From a virus (Duplodnaviria; Caudoviricetes), in IMG/VR virus record IMGVR_UViG_3300025635_000130, positions 1-27,803 of that record: a stretch of DNA of 27,803 nt, one strand, 5' to 3'. Positions 16,740 through 25,313 of this stretch are shown here, piece after piece (position 1 is the stretch's first letter; each line of letters starts with the position of its first letter). The notes under the pieces are model-generated. The model was not told where the DNA came from. It saw only the letters and a program-made list of their open reading frames with translations, and did no database searches. A program made the translations under genes and the position numbers.

Positions 16740-16814
16740 AAGAGGTATTATAATACCGTTCTGCATCGGCTGTCACATGCCTGCGCCGGGGCAATCCACA
16801 ACGGATTGACAGCC
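16731..16814 (+). promoter_or_regulatory. Promoter, operator palindrome and structured 5' UTR of the ejection-protein genes
   Basis: TTGACA(16731)-17-TACCGT(16754); perfect palindrome GGTATTATAATACC 16744-16757; GGCTGTCA/TGACAGCC stem 16768-16814. Confidence 0.65.
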
Positions 16815-17678
16815 TTGGGCCTTCTCGGATCAGTTTTTAAGATCGGCGCTTCCATCTTGGGAGGCAGTTCGTCCAAAAAGGCGAGCAAGAAGGCACAGGC
16901 CGAGCAGATTGCCTTCCTGAATCGCGGAATCGACACCCTCAACACGCAATTCGGCAAAGCGGAAGACCTGTCTCAGCCGTGGACAGGCGGAGGTGCATCG
17001 GCACAATCGGAACTGCTGAATCTTCTCGGCCTTTCATCGCCCGGCACAGAAAAGGTTGATTGGGAAGCATATGGGCGGGCCTACCCCGGCCTCGCGGCTT
17101 ACTACACATCACATAACGGGCAGAATCTATTTGCTAAGGGCGACAGCATGTCCTTCGCGGACTATGCGAAGGCCCATTACGATAAATATGGTTCTGCTGC
17201 CGGGTTTGATCTCACACCATTCACTACCATGGAAGGCGCTTCGACTGCGAACCAAGGCGCGGCGATTGAGAGTTTAAAGGAAAGCCCACTCTATCAGGCG
17301 CTGTTCAGGAACGGCGTTGACACGACGCTGGCTAACGCTTCGGCGACAGGTGGGTTGCGCGGGGGGAATACGCAGGACGCGCTCGCTCGTGTCGGCACTG
17401 ATACGCTGGCGAAGGTCTATCAGGACCGCATTTCTAATCTGGGCGGTGTTTCCGGACTTGGATTGCAGGCTGTCACCGGCCTTGAGGGCTTGGGCGCGGC
17501 AAATGCGGAAAGCATAGCATCTCTTTTTGGCAAGCAGGGCGATGTGAACGCATCTGGCATCCTTCAGCGAGCGGCAATTAAGAGCAATATGTTTAACAAT
17601 ATCGCTGGCGCAGTCGGTGAGTTGGACGGGAATGGTTCATTAGCCAAGCTGGCTTCCAAGGTAGGGATCGTGATCTGA
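16815..17678 (+). CDS. DNA ejection (pilot) protein, P22 gp7-like
   Basis: Gly/Ala-rich N-terminus, KKASKKAQAEQ, QPW..GG, SPLYQ...NASATGGLRGGNTQ.ALA; TTG 16815 (MGLLGS) preferred, TTG 16806 possible. Confidence 0.85.
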   Translation: MGLLGSVFKIGASILGGSSSKKASKKAQAEQIAFLNRGIDTLNTQFGKAEDLSQPWTGGGASAQSELLNLLGLSSPGTEKVDWEAYGRAYPGLAAYYTSHNGQNLFAKGDSMSFADYAKAHYDKYGSAAGFDLTPFTTMEGASTANQGAAIESLKESPLYQALFRNGVDTTLANASATGGLRGGNTQDALARVGTDTLAKVYQDRISNLGGVSGLGLQAVTGLEGLGAANAESIASLFGKQGDVNASGILQRAAIKSNMFNNIAGAVGELDGNGSLAKLASKVGIVI

Positions 17679-19090
17679 TGCCTTGGGATGTCAACCAGAT
17701 GAACCAGTTGTTCATGGGGCAGGTGCTCGGCAACTCCCCTGCGGAGTCCTTCGATAAGGGCCGCGCCGATGCATACAACGAGAAGATCACACGCGAGAAC
17801 AACGATGCGGTAAGACAGGCACGTGAAGTCGCCCTGTTGCGTACGCAGCAGAAGGCCAAGGATCAGGAAATTCTTGCGCGGCAACCCACCCCAGAGAATT
17901 ACCGGGTGTATTTCCTGCGCTATCCTGAGGACCGTGAGGCAGCGAAAGAGGCGTGGGGGAGCCAGTCCACACAGCAGCAACAGAGCAATCTTTCCACCCT
18001 GTATGACCTCAAGGGTTATCTCGCTTCTGGCAAGAAAGATTTGGCGGCTGAGGCTCTCCGTAAGCGGATAGAGGCCGAAAAAGCAGCGGGGCAGGATACC
18101 GCTGATGAAGAAGCAATGCTTGACCACATTGTCAATGACGATGCTGGGGCCTTGGGTGTCATCAATGGCATGATTGCCGCCGTCTCTGACCCGACCAAGG
18201 CGCCTGAAGGCACGAGCCAGCTTGCAACCGCCGCCAAGACCGGCGCGGAAACTAGCCTTATCGAACAAACTACTCCTGCCAAGGTGCAGGAGGCGCAGGC
18301 CGTTGCAGATAAAGCGACGACTGAGGCCAACTATGCGCCCAAGGTCATCGAAAGCGATCTGGCGACCGAGCACGCTAACAGGCAGAAGATCAGCGCCGAC
18401 ATCCAGAACATGACGGAGTCGCGCAAGATCGAATGGGCGAAGCTCGGTCTTGAGCAAGACAAATTGGCCACCACAACCCAGCTCGCGCTTGAGAAAATGT
18501 ATCAGGATGGCGCGAAGCCAGACCCCAATTCCGTAGGTGTTATGAATGCCTCCGCTGCCGAGGCAGTGACGGCTAATGCCCTTGCGGGTCGCATGAATGA
18601 CTTGGCCCAGCAGGTTAAGCTCGCTGGGCTATCCGCTGGCCCAGCGGCTACAGCCTACGAAGCCTTCAAGAAAATGACTGGTAGCCAGAACGGATACACG
18701 CAAATCCGTGCCGAGGTAACACAGATACTAAACAAGGCCGCGCTTGCCAATCGCAAGGACATGCCCGGCGCGATGTCTGATGCCGACCGGCAACTCCTGT
18801 TTCAGGGCTTCCCCCCTCAGAATGCCAGCCCAACCTATGTCGCGCATTATCTTGAGGTGATGGCGAAGGCTCAGGCGTCCATCGCCCAAGCTGAGGACAG
18901 TAAGACCGCATGGATCGGCGCGAACGGCAACCTTGGCCCGGCCAAGCGCGACATGAACATGGGAGGCTATCAAATCACGCGTGGAACCACGTTCTCGGGC
19001 TTCATGAAGTACGCCAGCGCAAAGTCGAAACAGAAAGACCCCCCTCCTACGGTTGATACGCTCCTCGGCAAATATGGGGGCGGGCGATGA
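17678..19090 (+). CDS. DNA ejection protein at the P22 gp20 position
   Basis: TGATG overlap; helical Ala/Gln/Lys-rich 470 aa; GAMSDAD motif common in ejection proteins. Confidence 0.75.
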   Translation: MPWDVNQMNQLFMGQVLGNSPAESFDKGRADAYNEKITRENNDAVRQAREVALLRTQQKAKDQEILARQPTPENYRVYFLRYPEDREAAKEAWGSQSTQQQQSNLSTLYDLKGYLASGKKDLAAEALRKRIEAEKAAGQDTADEEAMLDHIVNDDAGALGVINGMIAAVSDPTKAPEGTSQLATAAKTGAETSLIEQTTPAKVQEAQAVADKATTEANYAPKVIESDLATEHANRQKISADIQNMTESRKIEWAKLGLEQDKLATTTQLALEKMYQDGAKPDPNSVGVMNASAAEAVTANALAGRMNDLAQQVKLAGLSAGPAATAYEAFKKMTGSQNGYTQIRAEVTQILNKAALANRKDMPGAMSDADRQLLFQGFPPQNASPTYVAHYLEVMAKAQASIAQAEDSKTAWIGANGNLGPAKRDMNMGGYQITRGTTFSGFMKYASAKSKQKDPPPTVDTLLGKYGGGR

Positions 19091-22000
19091 CGAGCTACCG
19101 CCATCCCCTGTACGCCAAGGCAGAAAGCAAGGTTGAAAAAGACCTTGGCCTTCCCCCCGGCTTTCTGGCGGACATCCGCACCAAGGGCGAGAAGTCTAAT
19201 TCCGATCAGGTATCGGAGGCGGGTGCGCGCACGGTCTATCAGATCATCCCATCGACTCGTGCCGCGATCAAGGATCGCTACGGCGTCGATGCTTATGCAG
19301 GACCGGAGCAGGCCGCGAAGGCGGCGGGCCTTATCCTCAAGGAAAACCTCGACCGGAACGGCGGCAACAAGGCCGCTGCGGTAGCCGAATATCATGGCGG
19401 CACGGATCGGGCGAATCGGGGCAAGCGCACCAAGGCTTATGTCAACCGGGTAACGGGAGGAGGTGATCCAGCATCTGACGGTGGCGGGTCCACCTATGAT
19501 CGTGTGTCCCGCCAGCGTTCCGAAAACACCGGCCCTGACATGCGCAAGGTCTGGCAGGCGAGAGCTAAAGTCGGAAAGCCGGGGGGAATGACCCCGCAGG
19601 ACGCCGCGTTTTTCGACCAGCAGAACTATGTGCCACCTCCGGGCTTTGAGAATGTCGTCAAATCCAAGTCCGGCTATGTGCTGCCGGTTGAATTGATTCA
19701 TGCCTACAATTCCGGGGAGATGGATGACGACGCAGAGGCGCGGGCAGAGATCGAGCGCCTTGTAAAGAGCGGTGAAGCTCAACTCCCCAAAGGTGTAAAA
19801 CTCCAGGCACCTAAGCCTCGCTCTTTTATGGATAATGTCAATCTCGGCCTTGGCGCGGTGCGCCGTGGGTTGGCGATGCCTGCGGATATAGTAGCTGGGC
19901 CTCTTAACAGCATCGTTAACGGCGTAGTTGGCACGGATTTATCTACCACTCCCTTCAGAGACCAAGTTGATGCCCAGTCACAGGAAATGGGTGTTCCTGA
20001 GCCGAGAAACGCGAGCGAGCGCCGCGCATCTGCCTTTAATGAGGGCGCAGCATCAGTGCTGCCACTGCTCCCGGTGCTGGCGACAAGTCCTATTGCCGCA
20101 TTGACTGAAGTAACCTCTGGCGGCTTGTCAGGGTATTTCCAAGAAACTGCAAGGCAGGCCGGTGCGGGACCAGTCGGGCAGTTCGTGGCGGGGCTGGCGG
20201 GTGGTGTTACCCCCGCTGGCCTCGTCATAGCTGGTGAGAAAGCCGCGACACGTATCCGCGCGCCCAAGACGCTGCCCGATGTGGTTGCGGAAGTCCCCCG
20301 CTCCGCTGTTATCGACGAGGCAGGCAATCTTACCCCGGATGGGCAGGAGATAGCAGCCCGTCACGGGGTTACTCAGGAAGATGTTGTCAAAGCCTATGAG
20401 CGCACACCGGAAGAGGCAGGCTGGGCAGCGAATGACGAACAAACCCCTTCGGTCGCACGAGAGGCAACCAATGACGCGCCGGTAGCGCCAGAACAGCCTG
20501 AGCGCGCAGCCTCGCAACCTGTTGCAGAACAGCCGCAGCCGGTTCGCGCCGCACCTGAAGCGGAATCTGTTACCCCTCCACCTTCTGCCGCTCCCGCGAC
20601 CGCGCTTGATCGTGTGCAGGCAGGGCAAGAATTTGGTGTCGATTATACGCGCGGCGAAGCGACCAAAAACTTCGATATTCAGGACGCGGAACAGCGTCTT
20701 TCCAAGAGCAACGGCCCCGAGGCCGAGCAGATGCGTCAGTTCAAGGCGACGCAGCAGGAGCAGGTTAAGGCAGCATCGGAACAGTTCCGCTCAGCCTTTG
20801 GTGACACCGCTGCGACAGCAGAAGAACGCGGTGCATCTGTGCAGGAAGCGGTGCGGGAACTACGCGATCTCGGGCAGCAAGGCGTCAATGAGCTTTACAA
20901 GCAGGCGCGTGAATTGGGTGCGCCGGTTGAACTCGATGCGACCAAAATCAGACACAGCATCGAAGGCTTGATGGCTGAGGCTGATATTCCCGAGCAGGTC
21001 AAGAAGGTGATTGAGCAGGAAGCTGCGCGCTATGGCCTCATTGGCGAGCCTGTCGTGGTGGATAAAGCGACGGGAGCCGTTACGAACGAGGCGGGCGTTA
21101 CCACGGTAAAGCTCGATGATGGGCAGACCATCAAGTTCCGTGGCGAACCTGAAACCCTGCGCCTCGATAATGCCGACAAGTTCCGCACCGTCATTTCCAA
21201 GCAGTATCTTGCCGATGGGCCGATGAAGCTCACGCAGGAACTAAAGCGCGTCATTGACGATGTGGTCGAGGAGACGGCGACCAAGCTGGCGCAGGGCGGC
21301 AAAGGAAAAATATCGGAAGCTCTGGGCACGGCACGCAAGGCTGTTGCCGAGCAGAAGCAGACCTTTGCCAACAAGGACATCATTCAGGACATCGTTGACT
21401 GGAAGAAAGGCTCCTCGACCGGGAAACTTGCCCCGGAAGCTGTCATGCGTCGCGCTCTCGCTTCGACCAGCGATCTGAAGAAGGTCAAGGCTGTTCTGCT
21501 GTCCAAGGGAACCGTTAAATCCAAGGCGGCTTGGCGCGGCATACAGGCGCATGGATTGGCGCAGATATTTGAAAAGGCGACCACCAAAAATACGAACATC
21601 GGCGGTGAGATAACCGAGGCCATTTCGGGTGCTAAACTCCGCTCCGCGATAGATGATTTTGGCCCGGACAAGCTTAAGGTTCTGCTTGATCCAGAGGATT
21701 TCGGCAAGCTCATGAAGCTGCGCCGCGTCATCGAGGATGTGACGATTCCGATCACCGGCACGACCAATCCATCCGGATCCGGTAATCTACTCATGCGCCT
21801 TATGGCAGATGTGGACAACAAGGTAACGGGCGCTTTCGCTAGTGCCGGATTTGCCATCGGTGGCCCTGCTGGCGGTGCCATTGGCGGAGCTGCCGGACGG
21901 ACCATCGGCCCTGTCGTCAAGCAGATGAAAGAGGCGAAGGCCGCTGCTGAGACGCTGAAAGGCGCAACAGAATACACGGCTGAAACCGCAGCAAAGGAAA

Positions 22001-22152
22001 CTGCAACCGAAGGCGCAGCCGCACCGCGTCCTTCTGTTGCGTCGAAGGTGAAAAGCGGGGCCGCGAAGTCGGTCAAGGCTTTCATCGATGTCTATAGCGA
22101 CCCGCGCATAATCGCCCCGGTTGTCGCCAGTGCCGGGGGTGTGGACGAATGA
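19087..22152 (+). CDS. Large DNA ejection protein (gp16 position) with N-terminal lytic transglycosylase domain
   Basis: SLT-like motifs GEKS, SEAGARTVYQIIPST, AVAEYHGG, TKAYVNRV; Pro/Ala linker; NPSGSG and Gly-rich hydrophobic segment near the C-terminus. Confidence 0.85.
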   Translation: MTSYRHPLYAKAESKVEKDLGLPPGFLADIRTKGEKSNSDQVSEAGARTVYQIIPSTRAAIKDRYGVDAYAGPEQAAKAAGLILKENLDRNGGNKAAAVAEYHGGTDRANRGKRTKAYVNRVTGGGDPASDGGGSTYDRVSRQRSENTGPDMRKVWQARAKVGKPGGMTPQDAAFFDQQNYVPPPGFENVVKSKSGYVLPVELIHAYNSGEMDDDAEARAEIERLVKSGEAQLPKGVKLQAPKPRSFMDNVNLGLGAVRRGLAMPADIVAGPLNSIVNGVVGTDLSTTPFRDQVDAQSQEMGVPEPRNASERRASAFNEGAASVLPLLPVLATSPIAALTEVTSGGLSGYFQETARQAGAGPVGQFVAGLAGGVTPAGLVIAGEKAATRIRAPKTLPDVVAEVPRSAVIDEAGNLTPDGQEIAARHGVTQEDVVKAYERTPEEAGWAANDEQTPSVAREATNDAPVAPEQPERAASQPVAEQPQPVRAAPEAESVTPPPSAAPATALDRVQAGQEFGVDYTRGEATKNFDIQDAEQRLSKSNGPEAEQMRQFKATQQEQVKAASEQFRSAFGDTAATAEERGASVQEAVRELRDLGQQGVNELYKQARELGAPVELDATKIRHSIEGLMAEADIPEQVKKVIEQEAARYGLIGEPVVVDKATGAVTNEAGVTTVKLDDGQTIKFRGEPETLRLDNADKFRTVISKQYLADGPMKLTQELKRVIDDVVEETATKLAQGGKGKISEALGTARKAVAEQKQTFANKDIIQDIVDWKKGSSTGKLAPEAVMRRALASTSDLKKVKAVLLSKGTVKSKAAWRGIQAHGLAQIFEKATTKNTNIGGEITEAISGAKLRSAIDDFGPDKLKVLLDPEDFGKLMKLRRVIEDVTIPITGTTNPSGSGNLLMRLMADVDNKVTGAFASAGFAIGGPAGGAIGGAAGRTIGPVVKQMKEAKAAAETLKGATEYTAETAAKETATEGAAAPRPSVASKVKSGAAKSVKAFIDVYSDPRIIAPVVASAGGVDE

Positions 22153-23768
22153 CAACGCAGATCATCTATCAGAAGAATTTCATCGCAGATCTTAACGGCA
22201 AGCCTCTCGAAAATGGTTCGCTCTATATCGGCGTTGCCAATCAAGACCCAGAAACCAATCCGATCACGGTCTATTGGGATACGGCGCTAACGCAGGTAGC
22301 AACGCAGCCACTCAGTATTTCCGCAGGGGCTGTAATCCATAACGGCGCTCGTGCCGCTATTTACACGAGTGCCGCAAGCTATTCATTCCGTACGAAAACA
22401 GCAGCCGGGTCCGTTGTTGACTATGTTGCGGATGCGAATGACCCGGGTGTTATCCTCTCCAACAACCTCGCCTCCACCGCATCGGATTCGGTAGGCGCTG
22501 GCATGGTGGGCTTCGATGACGCAAACAGCTATGCAGCCGGAACGGCGGGTTATGAGCTACGCAAACTCAACACCAGAAACCTCGGCACCATAGCGGGCGG
22601 CGGGAATTCCGTAGCAGGTATCGACATAGATACCACCGTGACAGCAAACGCAGATGGCCTGAGCGATTTTCGCGGGATCGTCAACAAGACGGTTGTAGCT
22701 GGCGCGAACAGCATGGCTGAGGTGGACGGCTTCACCGGCCAGCTTGAAATCCAGACGACCGGTGGCACACTTACTCACGGTTTTGCTCTCAAGGCGTATG
22801 CGCGTCTTGGTAACGACGCACTCGGCATCGTCAACACTGGTGACATCACTGCTTTCGACGTTATTAACGGGCATATCTCCAACGAAGGCAATGACGCCAT
22901 CGGAACCGCTATTGTATTCCGCGCGGATAACCTTGACCTCATCGACGGCACCGGCACAATCACGGACGCCTATGGCGTTGGAATAGGTAACTTCGGCCAC
23001 GCCACTCGCGTAACCGGGAATGCTGTTGGCGTCGCCGTCAATGACATGACAGCAGGCGCATCCAAGACGATCGCCTTCTGGTCACAGATGGTTGATGGCA
23101 CAAACAAGTGGAGTTTTTACGCCAATTCATCCGCACCGAGTGCTTTGGGCGGCAAACTGTATGTCGGCGGCACGACAAGACCAACTGACACTCTGGAGGT
23201 GCTAGGACACCTCAAGGCGGTACGCGGCGCATCGGCCAAGTTGGCGACAGGTTCGTACCATGAACTACGCTCCGACCAGAACACCTGGTCAACGGTTGTT
23301 TCGAATGCCCACGCTTCTACTCCTAACGGCATTAAGCTGTTTTTCGACGGTTCGTCTCCGAACAACACAACCCAGATGTTTATCGAGTGCAGGGACGCGA
23401 CCGAGCCGAAGCTAATGGTCTGGTCCAACGGTAATGTGGTCAACAAGAACAACAGCTACGGGGCTATTTCCGACAAGAAATTCAAGACGGGGATACGAGA
23501 TGCCACCCCGCAACTCGATGACATCAAGGCGGTTCGCTTTCGGAAATACAAGCTCAAATCCGATGGCAAGAATGCGCCGGAGCATCTGGGCGTTATCGCT
23601 CAGGAAATCGAGAAAGTATCTCCCGGCCTCGTTTCAGTCGATGGCAACGGCACCAAGAGCGTCAATTATTCGATCCTCTACCTGAAGGCGGTGAAGGCGC
23701 TTCAGGAGCTTGCCGCGATTGTCGAGGCGCAGGACAAGCGCATCAAGGCGATGGAATCCCGGCCATGA
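22149..23768 (+). CDS. Tail fibre/spike with P22-like particle-binding N-terminus and C-terminal peptidase S74 chaperone
   Basis: DLNGKPLENGSLYIG..NQDPETNPITVYWD; SDKKFKTGI cleavage motif, HLGVIAQEIE, VNYS..KALQEL coiled coil. Confidence 0.9.
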   Translation: MTTQIIYQKNFIADLNGKPLENGSLYIGVANQDPETNPITVYWDTALTQVATQPLSISAGAVIHNGARAAIYTSAASYSFRTKTAAGSVVDYVADANDPGVILSNNLASTASDSVGAGMVGFDDANSYAAGTAGYELRKLNTRNLGTIAGGGNSVAGIDIDTTVTANADGLSDFRGIVNKTVVAGANSMAEVDGFTGQLEIQTTGGTLTHGFALKAYARLGNDALGIVNTGDITAFDVINGHISNEGNDAIGTAIVFRADNLDLIDGTGTITDAYGVGIGNFGHATRVTGNAVGVAVNDMTAGASKTIAFWSQMVDGTNKWSFYANSSAPSALGGKLYVGGTTRPTDTLEVLGHLKAVRGASAKLATGSYHELRSDQNTWSTVVSNAHASTPNGIKLFFDGSSPNNTTQMFIECRDATEPKLMVWSNGNVVNKNNSYGAISDKKFKTGIRDATPQLDDIKAVRFRKYKLKSDGKNAPEHLGVIAQEIEKVSPGLVSVDGNGTKSVNYSILYLKAVKALQELAAIVEAQDKRIKAMESRP

Positions 23769-24037
23769 CACCGGATCACACCACCATAAACGCGAGGATC
23801 GGGGGCTTGGAGACGCAAGTTAAGGCGCTTGTCGAAGCAGTGAATAAGCTGACGGGGGAAGTCGGGGAACTTAAGACAGACGTGAAGGAAACGCGCGAGA
23901 TTGTCGAGGCGTGGAAGTCGGTCCGATGGTTTGGCGGCATGGTGCAGTCGATGAGTAAGGTCATCGTGGCGATGGGAGCCATTGGCGCTGTGATCTGGGC
24001 CGCGATCAAGCTGGCAGTAGCGGGAGCGCTGAAATGA
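23765..24037 (+). CDS. Coiled-coil membrane protein, holin/antiholin-like
   Basis: N-terminal heptads, C-terminal hydrophobic helix VIVAMGAIGAVIWAAI; first gene of the lysis cassette. Confidence 0.65.
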   Translation: MTPDHTTINARIGGLETQVKALVEAVNKLTGEVGELKTDVKETREIVEAWKSVRWFGGMVQSMSKVIVAMGAIGAVIWAAIKLAVAGALK

Positions 24038-24270
24038 AGCTCATAGCCGACTGGAAGAAATTCCATCGCATGTGGTCCGTGCGTCTCAGCGCGATTGTGA
24101 CTGCTATCTGGGCGTATCTGCTTGCCTCGCCTGAAACCATGCTGGCGGTGCTCAACCAGATCCCTGCGGATATGCGCGCGTGGCTCCCCTCGTTCGTGCC
24201 AGTTGCCCTGTTCGTTCTGGTGACGCTCGCCCGCATTACGCATCAGGAGAAGATCAGTGGTCCAAAATAA
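24034..24270 (+). CDS. Holin (two transmembrane segments)
   Basis: MKLIADWKKFHRMWSVRL N-terminus, two hydrophobic segments, directly upstream of the endolysin. Confidence 0.8.
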   Translation: MKLIADWKKFHRMWSVRLSAIVTAIWAYLLASPETMLAVLNQIPADMRAWLPSFVPVALFVLVTLARITHQEKISGPK

Positions 24271-24763
24271 GGCTGCAGCAGCCATCAGAGCCAATCCGGG
24301 CAAGTCGGCTACTGCGGCAGGGTTAGCGGCTGCTTTGGCTCTGGCGACACCTCTGGTGGTCAAATGGGAGGGCATCAGGAACGACCCCTATAATGATATT
24401 GTGGGCGTGCGCACGGTCTGTGTAGGCGAAACCAATGTCGCGATGCGTCGCTATAGCACTCCTGAGTGTCTGGCGATGCTCAATAAGGCGCTGACAAACC
24501 GTTACGCGGCTGATGTAGCGCGGTGTACGCCGATCATTGCGGACAAGCCCTATCTGTTCGCTGCGGCTATCTCGCTTTCCTACAATATAGGCACAGCCGC
24601 CTATTGCCGCTCGACCGTGGCGCGCCGCTTCAATGCAGGCGACTTCGTGGGCGCGTGCAATGGTTTTCTTTCATGGTCCTACGCCGGAGGTCGCCAAGTT
24701 CAAGGACTGCTCAATCGCCGCCGAGACGAGCGCAAGCTGTGCTTGCAGGAGGCGGGGCAGTGA
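24257..24763 (+). CDS. SAR endolysin, GH24 phage lysozyme
   Basis: Ala/Gly-rich N-terminal anchor (ATAAGLAAALALATPLV) then the E-8-D-5-T triad (WEGIRNDPYNDIVGVRT); YNIG; GLLNRR..ER. Confidence 0.95.
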   Translation: MVQNKAAAAIRANPGKSATAAGLAAALALATPLVVKWEGIRNDPYNDIVGVRTVCVGETNVAMRRYSTPECLAMLNKALTNRYAADVARCTPIIADKPYLFAAAISLSYNIGTAAYCRSTVARRFNAGDFVGACNGFLSWSYAGGRQVQGLLNRRRDERKLCLQEAGQ

Positions 24764-24948
24764 GCCGCTATTTTACCCGCAAACGGCCCTCACAGTGGAT
24801 TGCTGACGATCTGGGACCGGAAGACGCTCCAATGATCCCTTCGCTCTCTGTGAGCGAGCATGAGGCGACCGATACGGGCTTACTGGACGCGGACGGCAAC
24901 ACGATCTGGCGCGAGCCTAATCCGATGGGGTTCGTATGGAGTGATTGA
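24760..24948 (+). CDS. Hypothetical acidic protein (62 aa)
   Basis: GTGA overlap with the endolysin stop, SD AGGAGG; MSRYFTRKRP...DTGLLDADGNTIWR...MGF. Confidence 0.65.
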   Translation: MSRYFTRKRPSQWIADDLGPEDAPMIPSLSVSEHEATDTGLLDADGNTIWREPNPMGFVWSD

Positions 24949-25010
24949 AATTCGGCACAGCCGATCCGGGCCGCGCGGTTCTGCGGCATTAAACTGAAAG
25001 TGAGAATGAA

Positions 25011-25313
25011 ATGAGTAAGGATGAAGCACAGATTGAAGCTGAAATTCAGCGCAAGGGCCTGAATGCCCCGCGCCTGAATCCTGACGCGATCGACGCTGCA
25101 ATCGCGTCGGAACAGTATCACGTTTTCCCCGGCACAACGATGACCGTTTGCGCGCTCACGCTCCGCAACGGCTATATCGTTACGGGCGAAAGCGCAGCCG
25201 CAAGTCCGGAGAATTTTGACAAGGAGATTGGCCGCAAGATTGCTCGCGATAACGCCCGCAATAAGATTTGGGCGCTCGAAGGCTATCTTCTTCGCGAGAA
25301 GCTGGCCGCATGA
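25011..25313 (+). CDS. Gp49 family protein (N4 gp49 / Sf6 gene 66, Phage_gp49_66)
   Basis: APRL, TVCALTLRNGYIVTGESAAASPENFDKEIGRKIARDNARNKIWALEGYLL signature. Confidence 0.9.
   Translation: MSKDEAQIEAEIQRKGLNAPRLNPDAIDAAIASEQYHVFPGTTMTVCALTLRNGYIVTGESAAASPENFDKEIGRKIARDNARNKIWALEGYLLREKLAA

Noticed and set aside
16731-16754. Consensus TTGACA and TATAAT as a single promoter
   Set aside because: Spacing is only 12 bp; TACCGT at 17 bp is the compatible -10 and TATAAT is the centre of the palindrome
20400-20605. Pro/Ala/Glu-rich low-complexity stretch in the large ejection gene
   Set aside because: Ordinary flexible linker; no nucleotide-level tandem repeat
24951-24990. Short GC stems (CGGC/GCCG, GCCGC/GCGGC) upstream of the Gp49-family gene
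   Set aside because: Short stems in GC-rich DNA, with no U-tract and no convincing promoter
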